Source of the DNA: Phyllobates terribilis
Taxonomy: Eukaryota
Assembly (NCBI RefSeq): GCF_046119375.1
Contig: NW_027362765.1
Location: forward strand, 180,544,001-180,608,000
Direction of reading: 5' to 3'
Length of the DNA: 64,000 nucleotides
Both the position numbers and the translations under genes were made by a program. Each line of letters starts with the position of its first letter. Position 1 is the stretch's first letter. The notes beneath the pieces were generated by a model, which made no database searches, had not been told where the DNA came from, and saw nothing but the letters and a program-made list of their open reading frames with translations. This document shows positions 49,496-60,322 of this stretch, piece after piece.

Positions 49496-52400
49496 TGTTA
49501 GAACCTTGCTGTTAGGTTTTTTTTCCTTTGCTGGTCACATGACCTTGTTGGCCTATTTAATCCTGCTCCGCCCTTCTGGCTTTGCTGGACTTCATTGTAT
49601 ATCTACTTTCTGGCTAGCCTGTGCTCTGTATCTAGCTCTGTTAGTTTGCTTGGTCTACGGACCTCTATGTTCTATCTATTTTGTTTGTTCGTCTGTCTGC
49701 TGCTGTTTCTGTTGGGAGGTGTCCCATATTCCTCCCAGTCCTTGGTACTTGTAGGGATTCCCTCCCCGCGTCTGTGGGTCTCCGTGCGGACTGGATTAGG
49801 ACTTTGGCGGGTCTGATCGCAGGATCAGGTTCCCTGTTGCATCGTGGGGATTCGGCTGGGTCCTGTGGTGGGGACAGATCTCCTCTCTTTCCTTAGCTTT
49901 GGTAGCAGAACATAACAGTAAGTCCAGCCTGCAAATTCTCTAAGGAAAGATTTTTTTTTTTTTTTGTTCCATCATGGTGTCGGTTCAGGATTTGGCTAAA
50001 CACCTGCAGGGACTCTCTCTGGAAGTGGCCGAGCTCCGTCAGCACGTGAGTAACTGTCCTGGAGCATATTTCTTGGAGCCTAAGGTATGTTTGCCGGATT
50101 TATTTTTTGGTGAACATCGAGAATTTTTTTCATTTAAAAATGCTTGCTTATTGTATTTTCGTTTGAGACCCAAGTCCTCTGGGGATGAATCCCAGCGCGT
50201 AGGGTTCATAATGTCACTTTTGCGCAAAGAGCCTCAGGAGTGGGCCTTTTCTTTGCAACCTAGTGATACATGCTTCAGATCAGTGGATAGTTTTTTTTCT
50301 GCTTTAGGATTATTATATGATGATCCTGACCGTGTGGCATCAGCTGAGACTGAGTTGAGACGTTTAAAACAAGGATCAGGTAATGTGGAAAAATATTGTA
50401 CTCATTTTCGTCGTTGGTCCACTCAAACAGGGTGGAACGATTCTGCTCTGAAAAGTCTATTTCTTGCTGGGCTCAGTGAAAGGGTTAAAGACCTGCTAAT
50501 TGCTTATCCTACACCTGAGGATTTGCAACAGGCTATGCAATTAGCTATACGGGTGGATAGAAGACTGCGTGCTAGGGTTAATGAGAGCAAATCCTCTGCT
50601 ATGTCAGTTTCTGGTTATGATAATGTGTGTACTAACAGTGGTGAACCGATGGAGATTGGATCGGTGGCACCTCGCTCTCAAGAAAAAGACCGTCGTTTTT
50701 CGGAAGGCTTGTGTTTCTATTGCGGAAAATCTGGTCATTTGATTAAAGGCTGTGAGCTTCGTATGAAGAAAGAAAAAAAAATGGTCAGTCACGCCCGTAT
50801 TGCCTGTTTAAATTCCAAGGGTATATTTTTAGCTGCTTCCACGATTGCTCAGGAAAAATTAATGGAATTTCGGGTGTTTGTTGATTGCGGGTCTACACTG
50901 AATGTAATTGATGGGGGATTCGTGGAAAAACTCAATTTAAAACCTGAACCTTTATCATCCCCCATTGCTGTGGTTTCTGTGGATGGCTCCCCTTTGAAGA
51001 ATATTACTCTCAAGGTCAGTGAATTTCCTCTCACTATTAATGGTGTTCACCATGAGAAATTGGATTTGGTAGTGTTGAATAACTTGCCTTCTCCAGTAAT
51101 ATTGGGTTTGCCCTGGTTAAAATTTCACAATCCTGTACTGGATTGGTCTACCAGTGAAATTAAATCCTGGAGCCATGAATGTTATGACAAGTGTTGTAAC
51201 GGGCGTATTGCAGCTTTGGATAGGGGAGAATTGCCTGTTCCTATTCAGGATTTTTGGAGAGTTTTTTCTGAGAAAGAATCGCAGGTTTTGCCTCCCCATA
51301 GAGACTATGATTGTTCTATTGAATTTGTCCCTGGAGCGATTCTTCCTAAAAGTCGTTTATTTAACCTTACTATTCCTGAGAGGAAGGCTTTGGAGGAATA
51401 CATACAGACAAGTTTGGCCGCCGGTCACATTAGGCCCTCTAAGTCTCCTGTGGCGGTTGGATTTTTTTTTGTAAAAAAAAAGGACGGCGGTTTACGTCCT
51501 TGTCTGGATTTTCGTGAGATTAACAAAATTACGGTACGCAATCCTTACCCACTGCCATTGATTCCTGATCTGTTTAACCAGTTATTGGGGGCCAAGTGGT
51601 TCTCTAAAATTGACCTTAAGGGGGCATACAATCTGTTGCGCATGAAGGAGGGTGATGAATGGAAGACTGCTTTTAACACTCCTGTGGGTCATTTTGAGAA
51701 TCTGGTTATGCCTTTTGGTCTTACTAATGCTCCTGCATTTTTTCAGAATCTGATTAATGACATCCTTAGACCTTTGATCGGTAAAAATGTGGTTGTGTAT
51801 TTGGATGACATTTTGATTTATTCGCCAGATCTGGAGTCTCATTGGCGGAGCGTGCGTGAGGTATTACAGTTATTAATGGACAATTCGCTTTTTGCTAAGC
51901 TGGAGAAATGTGAGTTCGCTGTACAGAGAATTAGTTTTTTGGGCTACATTATCTCCAGCAAAGGTTTTGAGATGGATCCGGTTAAGGTTCAGGCTGTGCA
52001 GGAATGGCCTAGGCCTATTGGTTTGAAATCGATACAGAGGTTTTTGGGTTTCGCCAATTACTATAGAAAATTCATAAAAAAATTTTCTAGTATTGTCAAA
52101 CCTCTGACTGATCTCACCAGGAAAGGTGCTGATGCGGTTCAGTGGTCTTCTGAGGCCATTGAAGCTTTTGTGTATCTCAAGGAGAGGTTCACCTCTGCTC
52201 CCATCCTTATGCAGCCTGATGTTACTAGGCCGTTTTTGGTTGAGGTTGATGCTTCCTCTGTGGGGGTTGGCGCAGTATTGTCTCAGGATAACGGGGATGG
52301 ATTACATCCCTGTGCCTTTTTTTCAAAAAAATTTTCGGAGACTGAATTGAATTACGATATTGGTAATCGGGAATTATTGGCTATTAAACTCGCATTTGAA

Positions 52401-54475
52401 CACTGGCGCCACTTCTTGGAAGGTGCGGAATTTCCCGTTCAGGTTCTTACGGATCATAAAAATCTGATATATCTTGATGCTGCCAAGCGCCTGAATGCCC
52501 GTCAGGCTAGGTGGGCACTGTTTTTCTCGCGGTTTAATTTCTCCGTTACTTACATCCCTGGTACTAAGAATGTTAAGGCGGATGCCTTGTCTCGCAGTTT
52601 TTCTCCCATAGTCGGTGCTGAGAAAGAGGAAAACATTTTACAAGAAGGTGTTGTGATAGCTGCTTTAGACTCCGTTTTGGAAGATGAGATTCTTAAGGCT
52701 CAGGAGAATGCCCCATCTAACACTCCTCATGGGAGGTTGTTTGTGCCTGGGACCTTTAGGAGAGATTTGTTTGTTGAGTGTCACGAATCTCGGTTGGCAG
52801 GTCATCCCGGAATCTCTGAGACCAAGAGACTGGTGGGTCGCAGTTTTTGGTGGCCTGGATGGCAGAAGGAAGTCATTAAGTGGGTGCGCCAATGTACTAT
52901 ATGTGCTAGATCTAAGTCCTCACATACTCCTGCTGCGGGGTTACTTTGTCCTTTGGAGGTCCCCAGTGCTCCTTGGACACATTTGGCTATGGACTTTATA
53001 ACTGACCTTCCCCCCTCTGAGGGTTTTACTGTCATCTGGGTGGTCGTGGACCGTTTTAGCAAGATGTGTCACTTGGTTCCCTTCGTCAAACTGCCCTGCG
53101 CTAAAACTCTCGCTAAGGCCTTTGTCAAGGAAATTGTCAGACTTCATGGCGTTCCTACTGACATTGTTTCTGATAGGGGTCCTCAGTTCGTGGCTCGTTT
53201 TTGGCGTGCCTTTTGTGACAGGTTGGGAATTCATTTGTCGTTTTCGTCCGGATATCATCCTGAATCTAATGGCCAGACAGAAAGGAAAAACCAGGATGTT
53301 GAGCAGTTCTTGCGTTGTTTTGTGGCAGACAATCAAGAGGGGTGGTCTGAGTTTCTGCCACTTGCCGAATTTGCTCTGAACAATCATACATCTTCTTCTG
53401 CTGGTTGTTCGCCTTTTTTTTGTTGTTCTGGGAGACATCCGTCGTTTGGGTCGTTCTCCAAGTTGGGATCTGCCGTGCCTGAGGAGGAGAATTTTTCCGG
53501 TGATTTGGAAAGAGTTTGGACGGATGTGCGTGGTAATCTTCAGGAGGCCAACAGAAAATCTAAAGACTACTTTGATAGGAAACGACAGGAGGTTTTGTTC
53601 GCTGTTGGTGACATGGTTTGGTTGTCCTCTAGGAATCTGCGGTTGAGGATTCCTTCTAAGAAATTGGGTCCCAAGTTTGTAGGGCCCTTTAAGGTGCTTC
53701 AGGTTGTCAACCAATCTGCTGTTAGGTTGGAGGTTCCTACCTCCTGGAGAATTAATCCGGTCTTTCATGTCTCTCTGTTAAAAAAAGCTGTTGTGTCGGA
53801 TGGTGACGCCTCTGCCTCTGTTCCTCCGGTGGTGGAGGACGGGGAATATGAAATTTCTCGCATCCTTGACTCTAGACGGTATAGAGGTAGTTTGCAGTAT
53901 CTTGTGGCCTGGAAAGGTTTCGGACCCGAGGATAACTCTTGGGTGAGGTCAGATGATGTTTCCGCGTCCAGACTTATCAGAGCGTTTCACAGGAGATTTC
54001 CTGATAAGCCTGGTCCTAGGGGATCCGGAGGATCCTCTTAGAAGGGGGGGTACTGTTAGAACCTTGCTGTTAGGTTTTTTTTCCTTTGCTGGTCACATGA
54101 CCTTGTTGGCCTATTTAATCCTGCTCCGCCCTTCTGGCTTTGCTGGACTTCATTGTATATCTACTTTCTGGCTAGCCTGTGCTCTGTATCTAGCTCTGTT
54201 AGTTTGCTTGGTCTACGGACCTCTATGTTCTATCTATTTTGTTTGTTCGTCTGTCTGCTGCTGTTTCTGTTGGGAGGTGTCCCATATTCCTCCCAGTCCT
54301 TGGTACTTGTAGGGATTCCCTCCCCGCGTCTGTGGGTCTCCGTGCGGACTGGATTAGGACTTTGGCGGGTCTGATCGCAGGATCAGGTTCCCTGTTGCAT
54401 CGTGGGGATTCGGCTGGGTCCTGTGGTGGGGACAGATCTCCTCTCTTTCCTTAGCTTTGGTAGCAGAACATAACA
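49496..54475 (+). mobile_element. Full-length Ty3/Gypsy chromovirus (Tf1/sushi-like)
   Basis: TG...CA LTRs 49496-49917 and 54054-54475 (422 bp, identical by eye), GTACC target duplication (49491-95, 54476-80), PPT 54040-54050. Confidence 0.97.
49974..54041 (+). CDS. Gag-Pol polyprotein, 1355 aa, uninterrupted
   Basis: Gag, CCHC knuckle CFYCGKSGHLIKGC (~50712), protease DCG (50883), RT YLDD (51798), RNase H, integrase HHCC plus DDE, GPF, chromodomain YEISRILDSR...YLVAWKGFGPEDNSW. Confidence 0.97.
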   Translation: MVSVQDLAKHLQGLSLEVAELRQHVSNCPGAYFLEPKVCLPDLFFGEHREFFSFKNACLLYFRLRPKSSGDESQRVGFIMSLLRKEPQEWAFSLQPSDTCFRSVDSFFSALGLLYDDPDRVASAETELRRLKQGSGNVEKYCTHFRRWSTQTGWNDSALKSLFLAGLSERVKDLLIAYPTPEDLQQAMQLAIRVDRRLRARVNESKSSAMSVSGYDNVCTNSGEPMEIGSVAPRSQEKDRRFSEGLCFYCGKSGHLIKGCELRMKKEKKMVSHARIACLNSKGIFLAASTIAQEKLMEFRVFVDCGSTLNVIDGGFVEKLNLKPEPLSSPIAVVSVDGSPLKNITLKVSEFPLTINGVHHEKLDLVVLNNLPSPVILGLPWLKFHNPVLDWSTSEIKSWSHECYDKCCNGRIAALDRGELPVPIQDFWRVFSEKESQVLPPHRDYDCSIEFVPGAILPKSRLFNLTIPERKALEEYIQTSLAAGHIRPSKSPVAVGFFFVKKKDGGLRPCLDFREINKITVRNPYPLPLIPDLFNQLLGAKWFSKIDLKGAYNLLRMKEGDEWKTAFNTPVGHFENLVMPFGLTNAPAFFQNLINDILRPLIGKNVVVYLDDILIYSPDLESHWRSVREVLQLLMDNSLFAKLEKCEFAVQRISFLGYIISSKGFEMDPVKVQAVQEWPRPIGLKSIQRFLGFANYYRKFIKKFSSIVKPLTDLTRKGADAVQWSSEAIEAFVYLKERFTSAPILMQPDVTRPFLVEVDASSVGVGAVLSQDNGDGLHPCAFFSKKFSETELNYDIGNRELLAIKLAFEHWRHFLEGAEFPVQVLTDHKNLIYLDAAKRLNARQARWALFFSRFNFSVTYIPGTKNVKADALSRSFSPIVGAEKEENILQEGVVIAALDSVLEDEILKAQENAPSNTPHGRLFVPGTFRRDLFVECHESRLAGHPGISETKRLVGRSFWWPGWQKEVIKWVRQCTICARSKSSHTPAAGLLCPLEVPSAPWTHLAMDFITDLPPSEGFTVIWVVVDRFSKMCHLVPFVKLPCAKTLAKAFVKEIVRLHGVPTDIVSDRGPQFVARFWRAFCDRLGIHLSFSSGYHPESNGQTERKNQDVEQFLRCFVADNQEGWSEFLPLAEFALNNHTSSSAGCSPFFCCSGRHPSFGSFSKLGSAVPEEENFSGDLERVWTDVRGNLQEANRKSKDYFDRKRQEVLFAVGDMVWLSSRNLRLRIPSKKLGPKFVGPFKVLQVVNQSAVRLEVPTSWRINPVFHVSLLKKAVVSDGDASASVPPVVEDGEYEISRILDSRRYRGSLQYLVAWKGFGPEDNSWVRSDDVSASRLIRAFHRRFPDKPGPRGSGGSS

Positions 54476-55887
54476 GTACCCCCTATCCTTCATTTTTTTA
54501 TTAGATTATCCAGTGATGTCATCACCTTAGTATCATCACTCACCACTCTTTTTACCCTTAACAACTGACTATAAGCAATTAATTTTAAAGTTATTTTAGG
54601 ATGGTGGCTCAAATACCTCACCGGATGATTTCTATCTGTTGTTTTCACATGTAGGGAAGTTGTTAGTTCATTATTCTTTTGTTCCACCCAAACATCCAAA
54701 AATTGTATACGTGTATCAAGGTAAATTTGATATTTGGATCTATCCGATTCAAGAACATATGGAAATCAGAAAGTTCATCTTGTGCATCTGTCCAAAGGAG
54801 AAATACATCGTCTATGTTTCTCCACCACCCCATGACCCGTTGGAAGTGGTGGGACACATAGATGAGGTCCTCCTCCAATCTTGTCATTACCAAGTTGGTA
54901 TAAGCAGGTGCGATGTTGGCACCCACGGCCGCTCCTCGTGTTTGAAAGATAAAAAAAAGAAAATAATTTTTTCTCAAAATATTATATGCAAAAGAGAGAT
55001 TATAAAATCTTTGCTTTTTTCAGATAGATCTAGACATGCCAATTTCCGTTCCCCAGCTCTAGTACCCCTCTCATGATCTATTGATGTATACAATGAAACA
55101 ACATCAAATGAGGCCAAAATTACCTCACTCGTTGTTTTAATTTTGCTTAATTTTAACAAAAAATCGGTAGTATCCTTTATGAACGATGTGGATCTACTTG
55201 ATAATGGGTTCAGAATCTTATTCAAGAAGATTCCGATTTTATTAAATACTAAATCCACCCCCGACACTATAGGTCGCCCGGGTGGAATTGTCAAGGAATT
55301 ATGTATTTTTGGTAAAACATATTACCGGTGTTGTTGGATGTTCTACATAAAGATAATTATATAGATCTTGCTCAATCATCCCATCATGTCTTGCCATATC
55401 CAAAATACCCTTAATGTCTCTCTGGATGTCAAATTTAGGATCATGATTAATTCTTTGGTATACTTCAGTATCATTGAGTTGTTTCTTTATCTCAGATATA
55501 TAGGCCTCCTTCTCCATGACCACGAAGCTCCCCCCTTATCAGCGGGTTTTATTACTATGTCGTGGTCATGGACAAGCTCAATAAAAGCTTTAAACTCTTG
55601 TTTAGTCAAATTCGGATGCATAAACTCCTTTAACATAGTTCCTTTTAATTTCGCTATATCTCATTTTACAGCTGCCATAAATGCATCTATTGCTGCTGAG
55701 TGTGTGGGTGGAACAAAAGCACTTTTTTTAGGTATAGATACCCCATGTAAACTCAACTCACTATTACTTAATTTCGGTGTCACAATCTTATCAGAAAACC
55801 GCTCTTTCAATTTAATGGACCTAAAGAAGCATTGTAAATCGATTTCAAGTTGAAACCAATCAACATGCCTCTCAGGTCTAAGTGTAA

Positions 55888-56512
55888 AGGCCCCGTCACA
55901 CTTAGCGACGCTGCAACGATCCCGACAACGATACGACCTGTCAGGGATCGTTGCTGCGTCGCTATGTGATCGCTGGTGAGCTGTCAAACAGGCAGGCTCA
56001 CCAATGATCAGGGGAGCAGCGACATCGTGGAAAGATTCTTTCCACGATGTCCTGCTCCTGGTTACCAGTCTGCTGAAGCAGGAGCAGGCTGGTAACCATG
56101 ATAAACATCGGGTTACTAGGGGCACACGCCCACCTAGTAACCCGTTGTTTATCATGGTTACCACTCTGCTACGGTGAGCGGGAGGTTACCCCTCACTTTA
56201 GCAGGCTCGTAACCATGATAAACAGCGGGTTACTAAGTGCGCGTGTGCCCCTAGTAACCCGATGTTTATCATGGTTACCAGCCTGATTGCTGCTCCCGCT
56301 GGTCACACACAGCGATGTGTGCTGACCAGCGGGAGAGCAACAACCAAAAAATGGTCCAGGACACTTTTCAGCGATCAGCGACCTCACAGCAGGGGCCTGA
56401 TCGCTGCAAAGTGTCACACATAGCGACATCGCTGGTGAGGTCGCTGTTGCGTCACCAAAACCGTGACACAGCAGCGATCTCGCTAGCGATCTCACTATGT
56501 GAGACGGGGGCT
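55888..56512. mobile_element. PIF/Harbinger-type MITE inserted in the PLE ORF
   Basis: TIRs aggccccgtcacac / gtgagacgggggct, TAA duplication, internal inverted GGTAACC-rich repeats. Confidence 0.85.
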
Positions 56513-57580
56513 TAAGGCCCTTATCAAGTAATGTAACCTGTTCAGGGGTAAGGATTTTATTGGAGATATTTACCACGAATGTTGGTTTTTCTTTCTCGTT
56601 GACATGTGTTGCTGTGCTTAGGGTGCTTGGTGTCTATTTTTCCCTTTGCTCTTTTTTTGCTGTCTATAGTGCTGTCTACTTCCTCTGCTTTTTCGTTGCT
56701 GTAGCCTTGTGCTTGTGAGTCCATCTCTAAAAGAAATAGGATTACAGTAGTTACAGATAAAGGTACATCACTTTTACATTGGACCCTATTAGACACATTA
56801 AGACCTCTTTTCTCCAGGTATTATTAATGCCCTCTTTCTGCCAGTTATACACATAGCCAGTCCTATAATCCTCCATTTCTCTATTTCATTTTCGTTGTTT
56901 GGTATCCTCCAGATTTGAACGTAGTTTATTAATTCGTGTGGAAACAAGATCCTGGAAAATGACCCAGTCCTCATTATTAATCTGTGTTTGTAATTTAGAT
57001 TCAATGTCTGACATTCCATCCTGTAGCATCTTTATCTCTTTCTGGAGAAATTCAATGTTCAGTAATATAATGTCCACAGCGTATGTATTTGAAATCATAC
57101 AAAATCTAGAGCTGAATTGATTATCACTCAGGAAAAAGTTCGGGCGCATAACTCGTGGGATCTTTTTTACTTTGTAGTATTCACCTAGTGTAGTCAGATG
57201 TAATTGTAAAATCGTAATTCGCTTAGTATCAACCTCATGCTTGCGTTTCAAGTCCAGGACAGAAGGGACACTCAAAAAAGTCACATCTTCATCCAAACTT
57301 CCCAGTATTCTCTCTTCATCCTCAGCGGTATAAGTAAAAACACCGGGTTCCATTGTAGGTTGATACATATTCCAGAAAAATAAGAAGAATAAAAATAATT
57401 AGATGTGCAAAGCTCCTAGGATAAATTTATAAAATCAAAATTGTGACAGCACCATATCTTCAATACATCGGGTGCAAGGCCCCCAAACAGATATTCATCA
57501 GTATAAATAGTATAGCAAAAAAACAGCAAGCAGTACTCCAAAAATTCTTTTAGAAAAATACGGACTTTATTAGCCCGGTG

Positions 57581-57620
57581 TGGCGACGTTTTGGTTGCGG
57601 ACAACCTTCATCAAGCAGTG
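57581..57620 (-). ncRNA. Degenerate hammerhead-like motif in the second PLE
   Basis: tTGATGA, stem II ggttg/caacc, aAAA, palindromic ACGT, GUC cleavage triplet; core C3 and G12 are mutated. Confidence 0.5.
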
Positions 57621-57726
57621 TTCTGAGTGCAAGTGCATAGTATATATCATGATTCCAATTTACAATATTATTAATAAATTAGTGCAAAGAAATCATTGTA
57701 CATAGTACAGCCATCATCATTACATA

Positions 57727-59374
57727 CAGTTATATGAAAAAGTTTGGGCACCCCTATTAATCTTAAGCTTAATGTTTTATAAAAATTGGTGTTTTTGCAA
57801 CAGCTATTTCAGTTTGATATATGTAATAACTGTTGGACACAGTAATGTTTCTGCCTTGAAATGAGGTTTATTGTGCTAACAGAAAATGTGCAATCTGCAT
57901 TCAAACAAAATTTGACCTGTGCATAAGTATGGGCACCCTTATCATTTTCTTGTTTTAAATACTCCTGCCTAGTTTTTACTGACTTACTACAGCACTTTTT
58001 TTGGTTTTGTAACCTCATTGAGCTTTGAACTTTATAGCCAGGTGTATGCAATCATGAGAAAAGCTACTTAAAGTGGCCACTTGCAAGTTGTTCTCCTGTT
58101 TGAATCTCCTCTGAAGAGTGGCATCATGGGCTCCTCAAAACAACTGTCAAATGATCTGAAAACAAAGATTATTCAACATAGTTGTTCAGGGGAAGGATAC
58201 AAAAAGCTATCTCAGAGATTTAACCTGTCAGTTTCCACTGTGAGGAACATAGTAAGGAAATGGAAGAACATAGGGACAGTTCTTGTTAAGGCCAGAAGTG
58301 TCAAGACAAGAAAAACATCAGAAAGGCAGAGAAGAAGAATGGTGAGATCAGTCAAGGACAATCCTCAGACCACCTCCAGAGAGCTGCAGCATCAACTTGC
58401 TGCAGATGGTGTCACTGTGCATCGGTCAACTATACAACGCACTTTGCACAAGGAGAAGCTGTATGGGAGAGTGATGCGAAAGAAGCCGTTTCTGCAAGTA
58501 CGCACAAACAGAGTCGGCTGAGGTATGCAAAAGCACATTTGAAGAAGCCTATTTCTTTTTGGAAGAAGGTCCTGTGGACTGATGAAACCAAGATTGAGTT
58601 GTTTGATCATACAAAAAGGCGTTATGCATGGTGGCAAAAAAACACAGCATTCCAAGAAAAACACTTGCTACCCACAGTAAAATTTGGTGGAGGTTCCATC
58701 ATGCTTTGGGGCTGTGTGGTCAATGCCGGCACTGGGAATCTTGTTAAAGTTGAGGGACGCATGGATTCCACTCAGTATCAGCAGATTCTTGGCAATAGTG
58801 TTCAAGAATCAGTGATAAAGTTGAAGTTACGCAGTGGATGGATCTTTCAGCAAGACAATGATCCAAAACACCGCTCCAAATCTACTCAGGCATTCATGCA
58901 GAGGAACAATTACAATGTTCTGGAATGGCCATCCCAGTCCCCAGACCTGAATATCATTGAACATCTGTGGGATCATTTGAAGAGGCTGTCCATGCTCGGC
59001 GACCATCAAACTTAACTGAACTGGAATTGTTTTGTAAAGAGGAATGGTCAAAAATACCTTCATCCAGGATCCAGGAACTCATTAAAAGCTACAGGAAGCG
59101 ACTAGAGGCTGTTATTTTTGCAAAAGGAGGATCTACTAAATATTAATGTCACTTTTCTGGTGAGGTGCCCATACTTATGCACCTGTCAAATTTTGTTTGA
59201 ATGCAGATTGCACATTTTCTGTTAGTACAATAAACCTCATTTCAAGGCAGAAACATTACTGTATCCAACAGTTATTACATATATCAAACTGAAATAGCTG
59301 TTGCAAAAACACCAATTTTTATAAAACATTAAGCTTAAGATTAATAGGGGTGCCCAAACTTTTTCATATGACTG
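57727..59374 (+). mobile_element. Tc1 element, full length, DD34E transposase pseudogene 58126-59146 with two frameshifts
   Basis: ~210-bp TIRs starting cagttatatgaaaaagtttgggc, TA duplication; WTDETK, QQDNDPKH-34-E; apparent 1-bp deletions near 58503 and 58985. Confidence 0.95.
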
Positions 59375-60322
59375 TACATAGTGCAATATATCGATACAAA
59401 TCACATAGTATAATCTGCCCAAAGTGCTTTTCAATTTTATCTACCTCAAGATAAAGTGCTTTGTGCATTAAATATCAATAAATAATCCCCCGATATGCGG
59501 TCTCCATCTTTGTTTAGGGAGGACAGCATTGTGCAGATGCGGCCCCTGTCTGGAATTTTGGATACAGTGATTGGCTATTAGGTGATGACGCGAGCGGACA
59601 TGCTCAGAAGCATGCTTCCGGACGCTGATACCGGCGGTGCACACGCTCAGGTATAATAATAAAAATGAATGCGTGAGTCACATACTCTGCAATTAATTAT
59701 ACCACACATGAGATTATTTATTGATATTTAATGCACAAGGCACTTTATCTTAAAACTTAAAAATGGAATTAGTATTTATAGTAGGAAAAAAAAGTGCAGC
59801 TGGAATGAGATATCCGTCAGGACGCTGATCAATCAGAAGCTGGAGTGGTGGTGTGAGAGAAAAGAATTAATCTTGTTTGACGGTGGTATCCATTTTGTCT
59901 TATGTATCCTATGTAATGGTCATCAGGTAACACTGATGGGTAGGGAGGTTTCACATTTGTATTCGCTCCCCTAAGGTTACTATTGGTTCATAGGTCAGAG
60001 GGAACTATTCCTTTGTCTCTGACCCTATTTAAGGTGCCACATGTGCTAATAAAGCAGAAGTCTTATCTAGTACACAATACATGGCTGTGCTGTATTGATT
60101 TCCTCGAGATCTCGAAAATATATCTTAATATTCGGAGTTCGGTAGGCATAGAAGAGAGTGTATTTTGCTCACAGTGGTACAGGTGATAAAATACAAGTCA
60201 CAGCGGCCATCTTAGCCCCTCCAGAACCAGGGTGGTCATACTAATTCTGCAGGGGCCTAAGAACTGATTAGGCTTAAAGTGGATTTCCAGTCTCATCTCT
60301 TTGTTGGTTTTATTGATGGTAA

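Larger units (their letters stand above)
47706..59751 (-). mobile_element. Second Penelope-like element (different family), near full length, decayed, hosting Gypsy, Harbinger MITE and Tc1 insertions
   Basis: ORF N-terminus from 57368, KPADKGG (~55530), PPGRPIVSG, GAAVGANIAPAY, WWRNIDD, GIY-YIG (48776-49372); direct pseudo-LTR copies 47706-48143 and 57621-59520. Confidence 0.9.

Noticed and set aside
52941-53768. 275-aa antisense ORF in the Gypsy integrase
   Set aside because: No recognisable motif; a typical shadow ORF opposite a coding region.
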